The notes beneath the pieces were generated by a model that made no database searches, was not told where the DNA came from, and saw nothing but the letters and a program-made list of their open reading frames with translations. The position numbers and the translations under genes were made by a program. Source: an uncultured Methanoregulaceae archaeon (GTDB lineage Archaea; Halobacteriota; Methanomicrobia; Methanomicrobiales; Methanospirillaceae). From it: a DNA stretch of 64,000 nucleotides. Positions 1 through 11,615 of this stretch are shown here, in pieces; position 1 is the stretch's first letter, and each line of letters starts with the position of its first letter. The stretch covers positions 1,216,001 to 1,280,000 of the forward strand of contig OY970343.1 of the NCBI GenBank assembly GCA_963717525.1. The letters run 5' to 3'.

Positions 1-817
1 CCGGTCCTGCTTTGTCCCTTCCCTGACCTCGGTCACCACGAGCGGTTCTTTTGTCCGGTCGCGGGCGAGTTCGGCAGCTTTCTGGTCTTTAAACCGGCCA
101 TTCGTGTGCCGGGCCTCGATCTGCTCTCCAGACTTTTCCGTCAGGAGACCCAGCAGCCAGTATTTTTCAGGGACAAATTTCTCGATCTCCTTCTCCCGGT
201 CGACGATCATAGTGAGGGTAGGGCTCTGCACCCGGCCCACCGAGAGGATATTGTTGCCCCCGCGGCGTGCGGCAAGAGAGATGAACCGGGTCAACGATGC
301 CCCCCACATCAGATCAATGGATTGCCGCGCCTCACCTGCCGCGGCAAGGGCGAAGTCGAGATCTGTCGTATTCGCAAACGCGGACCGGATCTCCTGCGGT
401 GTAATCGCGGAGAACCGGGCCCGGTCGATCTTCACGTCCCGGTTGACGGCCCGCACGAGCTCGTATGCCTCCTTCCCGATCAGCTCCCCTTCGGTATCAA
501 AGTCGGTGGCAATAGTGACCCGGTCGGCATGACGGGCCAGTTTCTGGAGGAGAGAGACAATCCGTTTTTCGGTTGGTACCTTGATGGTCTTGGCATCGAT
601 CAGGCTGCGGGGGGTGTACTTCTCGCTGCGCCAGTTTTCGTAGCCGGGCTCGAAATCGACCTCGACCACGTGGCCGCGCAGCCCGACCGTGGTCGTATTG
701 CCGAAACTGTAGGTCGAGACCCCGGCATCCTTCTTCTCGATTACTTTGTGACCGCCGGCAAGGATCTCAGCGATCCTGATGGGCCGAGATGTTCTTTTCT
801 GCAACGATCAGGTGCAC
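1..817 (-). CDS. topA: DNA topoisomerase I (type IA), N-terminal part; runs off the window; apparent frameshift near 780
   Basis: Manual minus-strand translation from GTG at 817 gives MHLIVAEKNISA, then after a 1-nt shift RIAEILAGGHKVIEKKDAGVSTYSFGNTTTVGLRGHVVE. This is a TOPRIM start with AEK and GH motifs. Not in the ORF track. Confidence 0.85.
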
Positions 818-823
818 GTTAGA

Positions 824-2273
824 TCACTGCTCCGTATCCCTGAGAGCCGCAACCATCATCCGGTTAAGCTCGCCCGGATCGGCGCGACCCCGTGTTTTTT
901 TCATCGTCTGGCCGACAAGGAAGTTCAGGGCCCCGTTCTTTCCGGCCCGGTAGTCTTCAACTGCCTTCGGATTCTCGGTGATCACTTCTTTCACGGCTGC
1001 CAGAAGCGCCCCATCATCCCCGGTAGTTTTTGCAAGATTTAACCGTACAACAATGGTTTCAGGGGCTTCAACGGTCTCTCCTTTGAGCTGCTCGTCGAGC
1101 ATGACCCGGAGAACCTCAATGCCGCTTTTGTCAGTAATGGTTCCGCCTTTGAGGAGGACGAGCAGGCCACAAAACCGTTGCGGGTCCACGGCGTCGATCC
1201 CCATGTCCCGGTAGTTGAGTTCGCCGGCAAGCGTATCGGCAATCCAGGTTGCAGCAAGGCTGCAGATTCCCTTCCGATCATCGGCAACTACAGCCTCAAA
1301 GAAGTTTGCCATCTTAAGTTCGCCGGTGAGAGTCCGTGCATGGTTAAGCGAGCAGCTGATACTGGGCAACAAACCGTTCGCGCCGTGCATTGGGGAGTTC
1401 GGGGAGCACGATCTCTTTTACCCAGGACTGGACGCGTAACGGCCGGAGATCCGGCTCCGGGAAATACCGGTAGTCGTTCTCCATCTCTTTTGACCGGGCC
1501 GACTGGGTGATCCCCCGGGCCTCGAGGTAGTGCCTCGTCTCGCGTTCGACGGTAAGGCCTCGCCGGATCAGGTTCTTCTGTCGGGTCACCTCAAAAGTAA
1601 GCCCCTTCTCGACCCCTTTATAGGAGGTGATATTCTTGATCTCCACGCGTTCGCTGCCCCGGAGCGAGATGTTGGCATCGACACGCAGCGAGCCTTCTTT
1701 TTCGGAATCAAAGACACCGAGATATTCGAGCGTGGCACGCAGCTTGTTTAAGAATTTCCTCGCCTCTTTTGGCGAGCGCATTTCCGGTTCTGATACAATC
1801 TCGATAAGCGGGATGCCTGCACGGTTATAGTCGACAAGGGAGTACCGGCCGCGTTCGGCGTTCCCCATATGCACGAGCCGGCCCGGGTCTTCCTCCACGT
1901 GGATGCGGGTGAGCTGGATCTTCCGCTCCTTGCCGTCGTCCCCCTCAATCTCGACATATCCTCCTTCTGCCAGCGGCTTGTCGTACTGCGTGATCTGGTA
2001 GGCCTTGTCGAGGTCAGGATAGAAGTAATTCTTTCGCGAGAACTCGGACTCGGGAATGACCGTGCAATTGAGCGCCTTTGCCACCCTCATCGCATATTCT
2101 ATTGCGCGCCTGTTCAGGGCCGGCATCGTGCCGGGCAGGCCGAGGCAGACCGGGCAGACATGGGTATTGGGGCCGTCATCCCGGTAATCGGTGGAACAGC
2201 CGCAGAAGAGCTTGCTTTTCGTATCAAGCTGGCAGTGGACTTCGAGACCAACGATAATGTCTGCGTCGATCAT
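824..2273 (-). CDS. gatB: Asp-tRNA(Asn)/Glu-tRNA(Gln) amidotransferase subunit B, split by a frameshift at ~1358
   Basis: ORF 1344..2273 has [18 protein letters not shown] and [12 protein letters not shown] 824..1390 has the C-terminal [17 protein letters not shown]. Confidence 0.95.
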
Positions 2274-3574
2274 GGCTTTACCGCCTGCTCGTACGCATAC
2301 GCAACGTCAACGACACGATCATCCTCGAACGGCCTGCCCATGATCTGGAGGCCGACCGGCATCCCCTGCACCTTCCCGCAGGGCACCGAGATCGCCGGGA
2401 TACCGGCAAGGTTGACCGGTACCGTGAGGATATCAGAGAGGTACATGGAGAGTGGGTCGCTCTTCTCACCCAGCTTGAACGCAATAGTGGGCATTGTGGG
2501 ACCGCAGATCACATCGACATCGGTGAACAGACGGGCAAAGTCCTTTCTCACGTTCTCCCGGGCGACCTGCGCCTTCGCGTAATATTTCCCGTAATATCCC
2601 GAAGAGAGCGCAAACGTCCCGAGCATGATCCGGCGCCGGACCTCAGGGCCGAACCCCTGCTTTCGCATGTCCTGGTATGCCGCATGCCACGATTTATTGG
2701 TATCGGCTGCCGGGCCGTACCGCACGCCATCGAACCGCGCGAGGTTGGAACTTGCCTCGCTTGTGCAGATCACATAGTAGGCAGCAAGCGCGTACTCCAT
2801 CGACGGGATGCTGCAGGGCACAGTTTTGGCTCCAAGCTCTTCGAGCCTGCCGATAGCGCGTTTGACGACCGCAGCAACCTCACGGTCGACACCTGCCCCG
2901 AAATATTCTTTCGGGATACCGATGCGCAGGCCGTCGATCTTCGCAGAAGGGGCATGGCAGTATGGCCGGTCATAGGAGGTGGAATCCCTCCGGTCATGCC
3001 CTGCAATCACCGACATCAGGAGCGAGACATCGGCGACATTTTTTGCCATGGGCCCGATTGTTTCCAGTGAGTTTGCGTACGCGATCAGGCCGTACCGGGA
3101 AACCCGGCCGTACGTCGGCTTAAGCCCGACAATTCCGCAGAATGCAGCAGGACAACGGATCGAGCCCCCGGTGTCGGTGCCAAGGGCCATCCGGACCATG
3201 CCTGCCGCCACCGCTGCAGCACTCCCTCCTGACGATCCTCCGGGCACTCTCCCGGTATCGCAGGGATTGAGCGTGGGGCCGAACGCCGAGTTCTCGGTGC
3301 TTGTCCCCATCCCGAACTCGTCCATGTTGGTCTTGCCGGCAATTGCAGCACCGGCATTTTTGATAAGCCCGACAGCATGGGCATTGTAGGGAGGGACATA
3401 GCCTTTGAGGATCTTCGAAGCGCAGGTGGTCTCGATACCCTGCGTCGATATATTATCCTTGACCGCTATCGCGATCCCGGCCAGTTTTCCCTCGCCGTGG
3501 ACGGGATTGGCACATACATTCAGGAATGCGTTGTACCGGTCGTCTGGTTCAAAACGGATCGTGTGCACGGCCAC
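2270..3574 (-). CDS. gatA: Amidotransferase subunit A
   Basis: Amidase signature [33 protein letters not shown]; located in the gat operon. Confidence 0.97.
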   Translation of the reverse strand: MAVHTIRFEPDDRYNAFLNVCANPVHGEGKLAGIAIAVKDNISTQGIETTCASKILKGYVPPYNAHAVGLIKNAGAAIAGKTNMDEFGMGTSTENSAFGPTLNPCDTGRVPGGSSGGSAAAVAAGMVRMALGTDTGGSIRCPAAFCGIVGLKPTYGRVSRYGLIAYANSLETIGPMAKNVADVSLLMSVIAGHDRRDSTSYDRPYCHAPSAKIDGLRIGIPKEYFGAGVDREVAAVVKRAIGRLEELGAKTVPCSIPSMEYALAAYYVICTSEASSNLARFDGVRYGPAADTNKSWHAAYQDMRKQGFGPEVRRRIMLGTFALSSGYYGKYYAKAQVARENVRKDFARLFTDVDVICGPTMPTIAFKLGEKSDPLSMYLSDILTVPVNLAGIPAISVPCGKVQGMPVGLQIMGRPFEDDRVVDVAYAYEQAVKP

Positions 3575-3843
3575 TACATCACCCGGGGTGCCTTTATAAA
3601 CCCGTCTTCCTGCGCACCGGCATTGCGCGTCGCCTCCTCCTGCGAAAGCGAGGATTCGACGATGTCCTCCCGGAATATATTATAGAGATCCCGGGCAACC
3701 GTCCCCTCGCCATGCACCCGGTCAAGCACGTCAAAATATTCCACAATGGCATTGAACTGGCCGGTAAAAGTAGCCAGTTCTGCGGTATCGATGCCGATAT
3801 CGGCAAGTTCCCCGATATGTTCCACGTCTTTTTCAGTGACCAT
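3574..3843 (-). CDS. gatC: Amidotransferase subunit C
   Basis: 89 aa, FREDIV...FIKAPRVM C-terminus, directly upstream of gatA. Confidence 0.93.
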   Translation of the reverse strand: MVTEKDVEHIGELADIGIDTAELATFTGQFNAIVEYFDVLDRVHGEGTVARDLYNIFREDIVESSLSQEEATRNAGAQEDGFIKAPRVM

Positions 3844-4837
3844 GTTCCACCCGTCCGATGTGGTCTATGTAATCTTGCACGGACGTTTTATAACCATTTT
3901 TACGGGCAAGTTTTTTTAGTACTCCCCAGACACCGCTCCCGTACTGCATGGCTTTCTTGCCGTAATCGGCCAGTTCGGGAGGGATATGGCGCCCTGCAAC
4001 ATCGCGCAGCGGGATCTTCCTCACCCCGTCACGCACCTTCGCGTGGGCGGGGATCGCGCGTGCAGCGCGCACGACCCGGACATCAAGATAGGGCATGGAG
4101 AGGTACGTGCCGTGAAGGGCTGCGACTGCCTGGTCACGTTCGGCCTGGAGTTCCAGTCCCGCGACGTCCCGTGCGAGATCGTCTTCGAGAACGGGAGACG
4201 ACAGGTACCGGGCATAGCCGCCGAAGAGCTCGTCCGCCCCCTGCCCGGCAAGGATACGCCGGTACCCGTGCTCACCAGCCCACCGGGCAACGAAATACAG
4301 GGTGACTGCAATGCTGGTATTGACCGGGTCTTTTTTCGGGATCGCGGCGATCACCGCGGGGAGCGCGTCTGCAATCTCGTCTGGAGTTATTTCGACTTCG
4401 GTGCAGGAAAGGCCAAGGATCTCTGCTGCATGCCGTGCCCGTGAAAGGTCATGCGAACCTGCTAGGCCGACGGTCACGCATTCCCTCCTGGCAAGCGCGG
4501 CAACGAGACTTGAATCCACCCCGCCCGAGAGCGCGGTAACGCCCTCGTCGCTTCTGAGCCGGACCGCCGTAACAATCGCTTCTTCAAGGGTACAAGGGGC
4601 AGGATCCGGTTCGATCAAACACCGGACCTGCCTGTCACAGAAAAGCAGACCCTTGGGGCCCGGGCCCGGGATGATGCCGAAATGATCACGTGCATGGCAT
4701 GCACCAAACGAGAGGGAAAATTCACCGCCGAAGGTGCGGACCCGTTCCGGGTCCGTTCTCACTATCTTCTCAACCTCTGCCAGGGAAAGCCGGGTTCCGT
4801 CCTGTTCGACCCAGCCTGTACATTCAAAGGAGGTCAT
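3833..4837 (-). CDS. Asparagine synthetase-family protein (synthetase domain with a short degenerate N-terminus)
   Basis: ALSGGVDSS PP-loop, GQGADELFGGY, KKAMQYGSG. Probable start is MTSFECTGW at 4837. Confidence 0.85.
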   Translation of the reverse strand: MTSFECTGWVEQDGTRLSLAEVEKIVRTDPERVRTFGGEFSLSFGACHARDHFGIIPGPGPKGLLFCDRQVRCLIEPDPAPCTLEEAIVTAVRLRSDEGVTALSGGVDSSLVAALARRECVTVGLAGSHDLSRARHAAEILGLSCTEVEITPDEIADALPAVIAAIPKKDPVNTSIAVTLYFVARWAGEHGYRRILAGQGADELFGGYARYLSSPVLEDDLARDVAGLELQAERDQAVAALHGTYLSMPYLDVRVVRAARAIPAHAKVRDGVRKIPLRDVAGRHIPPELADYGKKAMQYGSGVWGVLKKLARKNGYKTSVQDYIDHIGRVEHGH

Positions 4838-5033
4838 GCACTCGCCGGATACAGTATGGAAACGGCATTGGATATAATGCGTGGCAATCGCGCAACCACG
4901 GATGGCATAGCCGGAAATGCTGGTGCCAGAGGAGAGACTGTGTCCGGCATGTGCCGGCCAGACGGTCTTCTTCACGTCCCGTCTCCCCGGGAGCCACGAT
5001 TCTTTTTATTGTACAGACGAAATACTATAGGGC

Positions 5034-5116
5034 GCGAGGGTACGAAAGTGGCCAACTCGGCTGGACTTAAGATCCAGTTCCGCAGGGATTCATGGGTTCG
5101 ACTCCCATCCCTCGCA
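5034..5116 (+). tRNA. tRNA-Leu(TAA)
   Basis: Acceptor GCGAGGG/CCCTCGC+A, anticodon arm CTGGA-CTTAAGA-TCCAG, long variable arm, T arm ATGGG-TTCGACT-CCCAT. Confidence 0.93.
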
Positions 5117-5230
5117 TACGCGAGAATTTTTTCTCTTTTATTGTGAGTTTTCCCTGGAATACTTCCCGCTTTCACCCGTACGGAGCATATCAGGAGATAC
5201 CTTATCGGCTCACAGGAAGAACGATCCTGT

Positions 5231-5485
5231 ATGACTCTGATCAAAAAGCACCGGCTGCGGACAAAAAAAACCCTTACCGATAAGTTGCCTGAGATGCTCC
5301 TCGCTGCACTTGCCAACCACGAGGATTTTATCGTAACCTATGAGACCGATACGGAAACAAAGAAGCGATCCCTGTATATCATGACCGGGAGCCTGATCAC
5401 CCCGGAGATGCTTGCTATCCTCAAACAGGAGATCCAGCGCAAAAAAGATGAGGGAAATACCATCGTTACCCGGGACTGGAAATAA
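5231..5485 (+). CDS. Hypothetical protein (84 aa)
   Basis: Clean ORF filling the intergenic space, followed by a T-tract. Confidence 0.6.
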   Translation: MTLIKKHRLRTKKTLTDKLPEMLLAALANHEDFIVTYETDTETKKRSLYIMTGSLITPEMLAILKQEIQRKKDEGNTIVTRDWK

Positions 5486-5524
5486 GGAGAACTTTTTTTG
5501 AGGTGACGACCCCGGCGGCGTTCT

Positions 5525-5767
5525 TTAGTGCTCGTTGCCAGAGGACTCAGTCCCGATAATACGGGCCACCCGTCCTACCCGTCCGTCTTTAAGCCTCACC
5601 TTGATGCCATGCGGATGTGTAGGGGAGTTGGTCAGGACGTCCTTGACAATGCCCCGGGTCACTTTTCCGCCCCGCTGATCCTCTTTGAGGATGATGTCTA
5701 CAGTGCAGCCGGGGCGAACGGCGTCACGGCGCGTTCCGCTCATTCGCTGGTCAGGTTGTTTATCCAT
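5525..5767 (-). CDS. YwbE family protein
   Basis: VDIILKEDQRGGKVTRGIVKDVLTNSPTHPHGIKVRLKDGRVGRV is typical of YwbE/DUF2196. Confidence 0.88.
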   Translation of the reverse strand: MDKQPDQRMSGTRRDAVRPGCTVDIILKEDQRGGKVTRGIVKDVLTNSPTHPHGIKVRLKDGRVGRVARIIGTESSGNEH

Positions 5768-5845
5768 GAATATCAGCAGCAGAGAGTGAGAAAGAGATTC
5801 GGCAGGTCTCAGGACAGGAGCAGGTCAGGGGCATAAAAAAAAGAA

Positions 5846-6598
5846 TCAGGGTGAGGGGACATTGTACGACCCGATGCCGGACTCAATCCAGCCAAGGGTG
5901 GTTACCCATCCGTGGTTCCCGCCATGCAGCGTCAGCATACTGATTGTGTTCTGGTACTCGTTCGATGCCGGGGAGAAGATTGTCCATGTATTTGTCCCAG
6001 TGACACTCGCGCTGATGGTCACTGTTGTTGCAGGTACAGCGGAATAATCTGCATAGGTACTGGTCAGGTACTGGAAACAGGAAGGAGTACTGGCAGATGT
6101 TGTGTCCCCAGCCGGACAGGCAACCGGGTGAATACTCTGGACCGGGCGGAATACTGCTGCATTTTCAACCGGCAAGGCCGTTTCGATCAGAGAAGGTGAT
6201 GATACGTTCACCATGAACGTTATCGTTGTCGGCTGTGCAGTCCCGTTGATCGCAGGCTGCCCGATTGTCCTTGCAGAGACTTTTAACAGCGTCGCCTTGC
6301 CGGTCCCAAAGAGCGTAAGGTTCCATTCAGCAGGAACCCCGGAAACGTCCCGGCTGCTGATCTCGGCTACCACCGGCGAGTTCCCGTTCGGAGCTGCTGG
6401 AACCGACAGGAAAAGCGTGACATTTGACAGCACGCCATCGGTCGAAATGGTACAGGTATACAGGTAGGTCCCGTTCAGAGAATTCCTGTATGCCGTATCA
6501 ATATATGACGAGTAGGAAAATACCGCAATGAAAAGCACCAGGATGACAATGAAGAGTCCCATCACAATTTTGATGATCTTATCCATAAGCTCCTCCAT
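5846..6598 (-). CDS. Membrane-anchored/secreted hypothetical protein
   Basis: N-terminal hydrophobic helix; Ser/Thr-rich with several N-x-S/T sequons. Confidence 0.75.
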   Translation of the reverse strand: MEELMDKIIKIVMGLFIVILVLFIAVFSYSSYIDTAYRNSLNGTYLYTCTISTDGVLSNVTLFLSVPAAPNGNSPVVAEISSRDVSGVPAEWNLTLFGTGKATLLKVSARTIGQPAINGTAQPTTITFMVNVSSPSLIETALPVENAAVFRPVQSIHPVACPAGDTTSASTPSCFQYLTSTYADYSAVPATTVTISASVTGTNTWTIFSPASNEYQNTISMLTLHGGNHGWVTTLGWIESGIGSYNVPSP

Positions 6599-6768
6599 GG
6601 CACCGGATCCACCACAGGAGGGCCGATCCCAGACAGGCCCTGTTTCTCCGGCACGCTAGAATACTATTCCGGGACACAGATGAAAAAGTATTGTATTTGC
6701 CGGGCAGGGTATCTGGCCCTGCTCCCCAAAACAGCATGACTATATGATCCGGTGCCGATCATAACTGC

Positions 6769-8097
6769 ATGGAACCGCCCCCTTCCCTTGTCCTTGCTAA
6801 TGTCCAGCTTCCTGAAGGTCGCAGGGCGGATATCACTATCCGGGACGGCAGGGTCGTCCATGCCGGAGCCGGGGGAGTTGCCGACCAGCGGATCGACTGC
6901 ACGGGCCTTTTTGTTCTCCCGGCAGCAGTTGACGTCCATGTCCATATGAGGGGCGGAATTCAGTCGGCAAAAGAGGACTGGAAAACCGGGAGTGCAAGTG
7001 CTCTTGCCGGGGGAGTGACCGTGGTTGTCGACCAGCCAAACACGGTTCCGCCCCTTACGACACCAGATGCATTCCTGGCCCGGGTCCGCGAAGCGCAGGA
7101 GCATTCGTCCTGCAGTTTTGCGATAAACAGCGGCGTTACCCCGGATACACCCGTCGGGGCGATGTGGGCGGCCGGGGCCATGGCCTTCGGGGAGATCTTC
7201 TTTGCCCCTTCCAGTTACGGCGAGGCGCTGGATACTGCGGAGCTCTCCCGTGCGCTCGGGCGCATCCGGGCACTCGGGGGTCTTGCCACGATCCACGCTG
7301 AAGGGATCGCCCCGGGAGAGGACACCGGCCTTGCTGTCCACGATGCACTGCGTTCACCTGAACGCGAGCGGGATGCAGTGATCGCAGTACAGGCCGGTAA
7401 CCCGGACGGGTGCCGGCTCCATTTCTGCCACATGAGCACAGCGGCGGCAGTCGAAGTGGCACACGGAACCGTGGAAGTGACGCCCCACCACCTCTTCCTC
7501 TCCCGCGAAAAGATCAGTGATACCGACTGCCGGTTCAAGGTAAATCCCCCGATCAGGAGCGAGAACGAACGGAAAAAACTCCGGGCGCAGTGGAACCGGA
7601 TCGATATCGTCGCATCCGATCATGCCCCCCACACCGTGGAGGAAAAAGCACTCCCGTTCCCCCGTGCGCCTTCGGGAATGCCGGGCGTGGAGACCATGGT
7701 ACCCCTGCTTATGGCCGATGTGCTCGACCGTAAGATCACCCTGCCCGACCTGATCCGGAAGACCGCCACGGTACCTGCGGCGCTCATCGGCATCCCCCCG
7801 TCAGGTTTTGCCCCCGGGGACCGGGCGGATTTTGCGCTGTACCCGCGTTCTGCGGTGACCGTGGAGCCGGATATTCTGCACAGCAAATGCGGTTGGACTC
7901 CCTTTGAAGGGCACCGCGCGATCTTCCCGAAACTGGTGATCCTTGGCGGCACCGTGGTATACCGGGAGGGGGAGTTTTTCCGCGCCCATCCCACCTGGTA
8001 TCCCGGAAAAGGATACATCCCACCCTCTGATCAGAGAGTTGTTCCGGATCTTGTTCGATCGCAGCACGAAACACTAAAGAGTCCACACAACAGATGA
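6769..8097 (+). CDS. pyrC: Dihydroorotase
   Basis: DVHVHMR, SALAGGVT...DQPNT, EVTPHHL, KVNPPIR, SDHAPH. Confidence 0.9.
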   Translation: MEPPPSLVLANVQLPEGRRADITIRDGRVVHAGAGGVADQRIDCTGLFVLPAAVDVHVHMRGGIQSAKEDWKTGSASALAGGVTVVVDQPNTVPPLTTPDAFLARVREAQEHSSCSFAINSGVTPDTPVGAMWAAGAMAFGEIFFAPSSYGEALDTAELSRALGRIRALGGLATIHAEGIAPGEDTGLAVHDALRSPERERDAVIAVQAGNPDGCRLHFCHMSTAAAVEVAHGTVEVTPHHLFLSREKISDTDCRFKVNPPIRSENERKKLRAQWNRIDIVASDHAPHTVEEKALPFPRAPSGMPGVETMVPLLMADVLDRKITLPDLIRKTATVPAALIGIPPSGFAPGDRADFALYPRSAVTVEPDILHSKCGWTPFEGHRAIFPKLVILGGTVVYREGEFFRAHPTWYPGKGYIPPSDQRVVPDLVRSQHETLKSPHNR

Positions 8098-8297
8098 GGA
8101 AGGGTGCCGATAAAGCGCACCCATAGGTCCCCGGGTGATCGATTGGCAAGTGCCTGGAAATGATCCATGGGACAACCCGGGTGCGCGACAGGCATCGCCC
8201 GGCCGAGGGTTTTATCCACCGGTGAAGGACGGCAGCAGCCACTGGTGATCCGCGTGTGTTTAAGCCGGGCGACACTTTCTTTGTACACTGAGGCATT

Positions 8298-8621
8298 ATG
8301 TCCATGATGGCAGATGTACTTCTCGAAGACCGTAAGGGTACCATTCTTTTAATCGAGGTCACTGCCGGTGCAAAATCCGATCTCTTTCCTGCAGGATACA
8401 ATGAATGGCGAAATGCCATCGGATGCCGGGTCACGGCTCCTGCCGTTCACGGCAAAGCAAACAAAGCGGTGATCGGGATTATCAGCTCGACCATTGGGGT
8501 ACCGTCCTCTGCTGTCTCTGTCATTGCCGGGCTTACCTCATCTCAGAAAAAGGTGAGGATTGAGGGTGTCACGAAAGCCCAGCTAGCCGGGCTCCTCTTT
8601 TCAGAACGTGACAGAAAATAA
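8298..8621 (+). CDS. DUF167/UPF0235 family protein
   Basis: VTAPAVHGKANKAVI...GLTSSQKKVRI pattern. Confidence 0.85.
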   Translation: MSMMADVLLEDRKGTILLIEVTAGAKSDLFPAGYNEWRNAIGCRVTAPAVHGKANKAVIGIISSTIGVPSSAVSVIAGLTSSQKKVRIEGVTKAQLAGLLFSERDRK

Positions 8622-8791
8622 TCCGAATAGTCTCCGGAAAACAGGACATTTAAAAGGGGAGTGCTGACATTCGGGATGCTCTTAAAAACATATCCACGAA
8701 GATACACTTTAAGTAATTCCACGTGATATATATAATTTGTACCTATGATCAGGCATTTCATCCATCGCATGATACATGGGGGTGCGTTTAC

Positions 8792-10036
8792 GTGTATTCA
8801 CCGGATACTACCAAGTACCTTATTCACATCAGCCTCAGCGCAGAGGGGGTGGTCGAGAAACCTGACGTAGTCGGTGCCATATTCGGGCAGACTGAAGGGT
8901 TACTCGGCGAAGACCTTGACCTGCGGGATCTCCAGAGGACCGGACGTGTCGGCAGGATCGACGTCCAGATAGCAAGCAAGAAAGGTGAGACTACAGGAGA
9001 GATCCTGATATCCACCTCGCTTGACCGTGCGGAGACGGCGATCCTCGCTGCATCACTTGAGACTATCGATCGCGTGGGCCCCTGTGTCGCGCACGTCTCA
9101 GTGAAGATGATCGAGGACATCAGGGTCAGCAAGCGAAAGAAGATTGTCGAACGTGCAAAGGAGATCCTGATCGAACGTTTCGATGACGGGACGATCGACA
9201 GCGACGAGCTGCTTGACGATGTCCGCCAGACGCTGCGGATCGAGAAGGTCGGGACAATCGGCGACGAGAAACTACCGGCCGGCCCCAATGTCCTTGAATC
9301 GGATGCCATCATCATTGTTGAGGGCAGGGCGGACGTGATCAACCTTCTCCGGTACGGCATCAAGAACGCCGTGGCCGTGGAAGGGACCAACATCCCCAGA
9401 TCGGTCATCGACCTCACCGAGAAGAAGACCACGACCGCGTTCTTCGATGGCGACCGGGGTGGCGAATTGATCCTCCGGGAGCTGCTTCAGGTGGCAGATA
9501 TTGATTACGTTGCATTTTCTCCCCGGGGAAAGAGCGTCGAGGATATGACCAAGAAAGAGGTCATAAAAACGCTCCGGAACAAGGTGCCGGTCGAATATGT
9601 CCGCGACCAGTATTTTGAAGATGCAGCAGAACTGCCGGCAGATCTCGGTCGGCAGGGCCGTCCGGTCCCTGCAGCCGAGGAAGGAAATCGCAGCGATGCA
9701 GCCGGAAGATTAGGTGCGGGACAGAAACGATCCAGGGAGAGCCCGCCGAAGGTCCCGGTAACGATCCGCGATCATATGGAGGATGTGAGAGGCAGGAATG
9801 TTGCCCGGTTCCTGAACGAGGACATGGGGGTCATCCGGGAGATCCGTTCGGAAGAGATTGAAAAGGCGGTAGAGACGCTCGATGAGCCCGCCGCCGGCGT
9901 CGTGGTCGATCGCACGGTCGACCAGAAGCTGCTCGACCGGCTGGTCTGGAAAGGGCTCGAATATGTCGCGGCAAAAGATTTCAAGGGTATTATAAAAAGG
10001 CCGCTAAACATCAGGTTAATGAAAATGAGCTCGTAA
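8792..10036 (+). CDS. dnaG: Archaeal DnaG (TOPRIM)
   Basis: [41 protein letters not shown] start at 8792. Confidence 0.95.
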   Translation: MYSPDTTKYLIHISLSAEGVVEKPDVVGAIFGQTEGLLGEDLDLRDLQRTGRVGRIDVQIASKKGETTGEILISTSLDRAETAILAASLETIDRVGPCVAHVSVKMIEDIRVSKRKKIVERAKEILIERFDDGTIDSDELLDDVRQTLRIEKVGTIGDEKLPAGPNVLESDAIIIVEGRADVINLLRYGIKNAVAVEGTNIPRSVIDLTEKKTTTAFFDGDRGGELILRELLQVADIDYVAFSPRGKSVEDMTKKEVIKTLRNKVPVEYVRDQYFEDAAELPADLGRQGRPVPAAEEGNRSDAAGRLGAGQKRSRESPPKVPVTIRDHMEDVRGRNVARFLNEDMGVIREIRSEEIEKAVETLDEPAAGVVVDRTVDQKLLDRLVWKGLEYVAAKDFKGIIKRPLNIRLMKMSS

Positions 10037-10099
10037 AAGCGGGCTCGCACAAATTTATTTATGCAAGTTATGCACCATGTAACACTTTGGTGTGGTACT

Positions 10100-10381
10100 T
10101 TGCACAAGGAAGAACTCATCAGCCTTCACAAGATCCTCTACGAGGTCAAGGACTATTTTGAAGAAGTCAACCCTGACCTGAAGTTTACCCAGTACAGCGC
10201 CTTAAAAATTACCCCGTCCCAGATGCATAAGAGCAAGCTTGAGCATAAATACGCCATTTTCGTGCTTGGCAACGAGATCGCAAACGCGATGAAAGATGTG
10301 GACTATACGTCATCGTCCCGGATCTCCGCACGTATGAAGGACCTTGCGGAAAAGACCCTCAAGGAAATGGAATACGCCTGA
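10100..10381 (+). CDS. UPF0058 family protein
   Basis: MHKEELISLH...HKSKLEHKYAIFVLG; TTG start. Confidence 0.85.
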   Translation: MHKEELISLHKILYEVKDYFEEVNPDLKFTQYSALKITPSQMHKSKLEHKYAIFVLGNEIANAMKDVDYTSSSRISARMKDLAEKTLKEMEYA

Positions 10382-10540
10382 TTTTTCAAGTATCCGTTTC
10401 TCCCGTGGATGGCCGGTAATGGAGGCAATGCGGCGAGGCGGCGCCTTGTACCATACTGCACGGGTAACCCGCTGAAGGTTATACACACCTGTCCTCTGCT
10501 GGAGCATAACGCTAAATCCGATCAGGTGGATCAATCCACT

Positions 10541-11476
10541 ATGCGATACTTCCCTGATCCGGACAGGAATCTCGACCTTGGTGATGTCAACCGGGTTGTC
10601 GAAGCAGCGTTTGCCGATCATGGGAAGGGGCTCGTGCAGATGCCCCCCAAGGTCTATATCACCCTCCCCGCCGGTGATTTCCGGACTATGCCCGGGTTCC
10701 TTCCCTCCCTTGGAATCGCCGGGGTTAAGATAGTGAACGTCCACCCGGATAACCCGAAGGTGGGGCTTCCGACGGTTATGGCGCTCACGATCATTCTCGA
10801 TACGGCAACCGGGAGGCCAACGGCGATCCTGAACGCGACCCGGCTCACGGACATGCGGACCGGGGCGGCAGGAGCAATTGCTGCAAAATACCTCGCACCA
10901 AAAAAAGAGTGCGTTCTCGGCGTCATCGGTACCGGCCGGCAGGCAGAGGCGCAGGTCCATGCTACCGCTCAGGAACTGCCCCTTTCCGGTGTCAGGGTCT
11001 GGAGCCGTAACCCGGCTCACGCTGAAGGATTTGCCGCACGGCTTGCCCCCCTTTCTGCAGAAAGCGTCTCTATCGAAAAAGCCTGCGATTCCGATATCCT
11101 CGTCACCACGACCCCGTCCCGTGTCCCGATCGTCAGGAGCGAATGGATACACCCGGGCACGCATATCAATGCCATTGGTGCCGATGCACCCGGAAAAGAG
11201 GAACTCGACCCGGAGATCCTGCACCGGGCCCGCGTCTTCGTGGACGATCCGGCACAGGCATTCCACTCGGGAGAGATTAACGTACCCATCAGCAGAGGGC
11301 TCTACCAGCCGTGGATGATTTCGGGTACGCTGGGAGAGGTTGTGATTGGTAAACGGAAACGTGAGAGCAAGGATGAGATCACGGTTTTTGATTCCACCGG
11401 GCTTGCTATTCAGGATCTCGCAATCGCATCGATCGCGATGCGCCAGGCATCCGGCATGGAACTGCCGTTTTTATGA
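10541..11476 (+). CDS. ala: Alanine dehydrogenase / ornithine cyclodeaminase (mu-crystallin) family
   Basis: GVKIVNVHPDN, LTDMRTGAAGA, IGTGRQA, HINAIGAD, FDSTGLAIQD. Confidence 0.8.
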   Translation: MRYFPDPDRNLDLGDVNRVVEAAFADHGKGLVQMPPKVYITLPAGDFRTMPGFLPSLGIAGVKIVNVHPDNPKVGLPTVMALTIILDTATGRPTAILNATRLTDMRTGAAGAIAAKYLAPKKECVLGVIGTGRQAEAQVHATAQELPLSGVRVWSRNPAHAEGFAARLAPLSAESVSIEKACDSDILVTTTPSRVPIVRSEWIHPGTHINAIGADAPGKEELDPEILHRARVFVDDPAQAFHSGEINVPISRGLYQPWMISGTLGEVVIGKRKRESKDEITVFDSTGLAIQDLAIASIAMRQASGMELPFL

Positions 11477-11615
11477 AGGTCACACATTTTATCTGGATCA
11501 CGCCCACGCGGATCCCCGCGACACCTGAGGGCAATCGGCCGTTTGGACTCGCATTGTCCAGGAAGGGCCCCCTCCCCCTTTTAACAGACCATCCATCGTG
11601 AGCTTACCGGTTTTA

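Noticed and set aside
104..822. Long plus-strand ORFs (142 and 238 aa)
   Set aside because: Antisense shadows of topA. Most overlapping ORFs in the track are similar GC-rich shadow frames.
8031..8297. Possible SRP/RNase P RNA or small ORF between pyrC and DUF167
   Set aside because: No recognisable SRP or RNase P consensus motifs; the ORFs have no protein-like signature.
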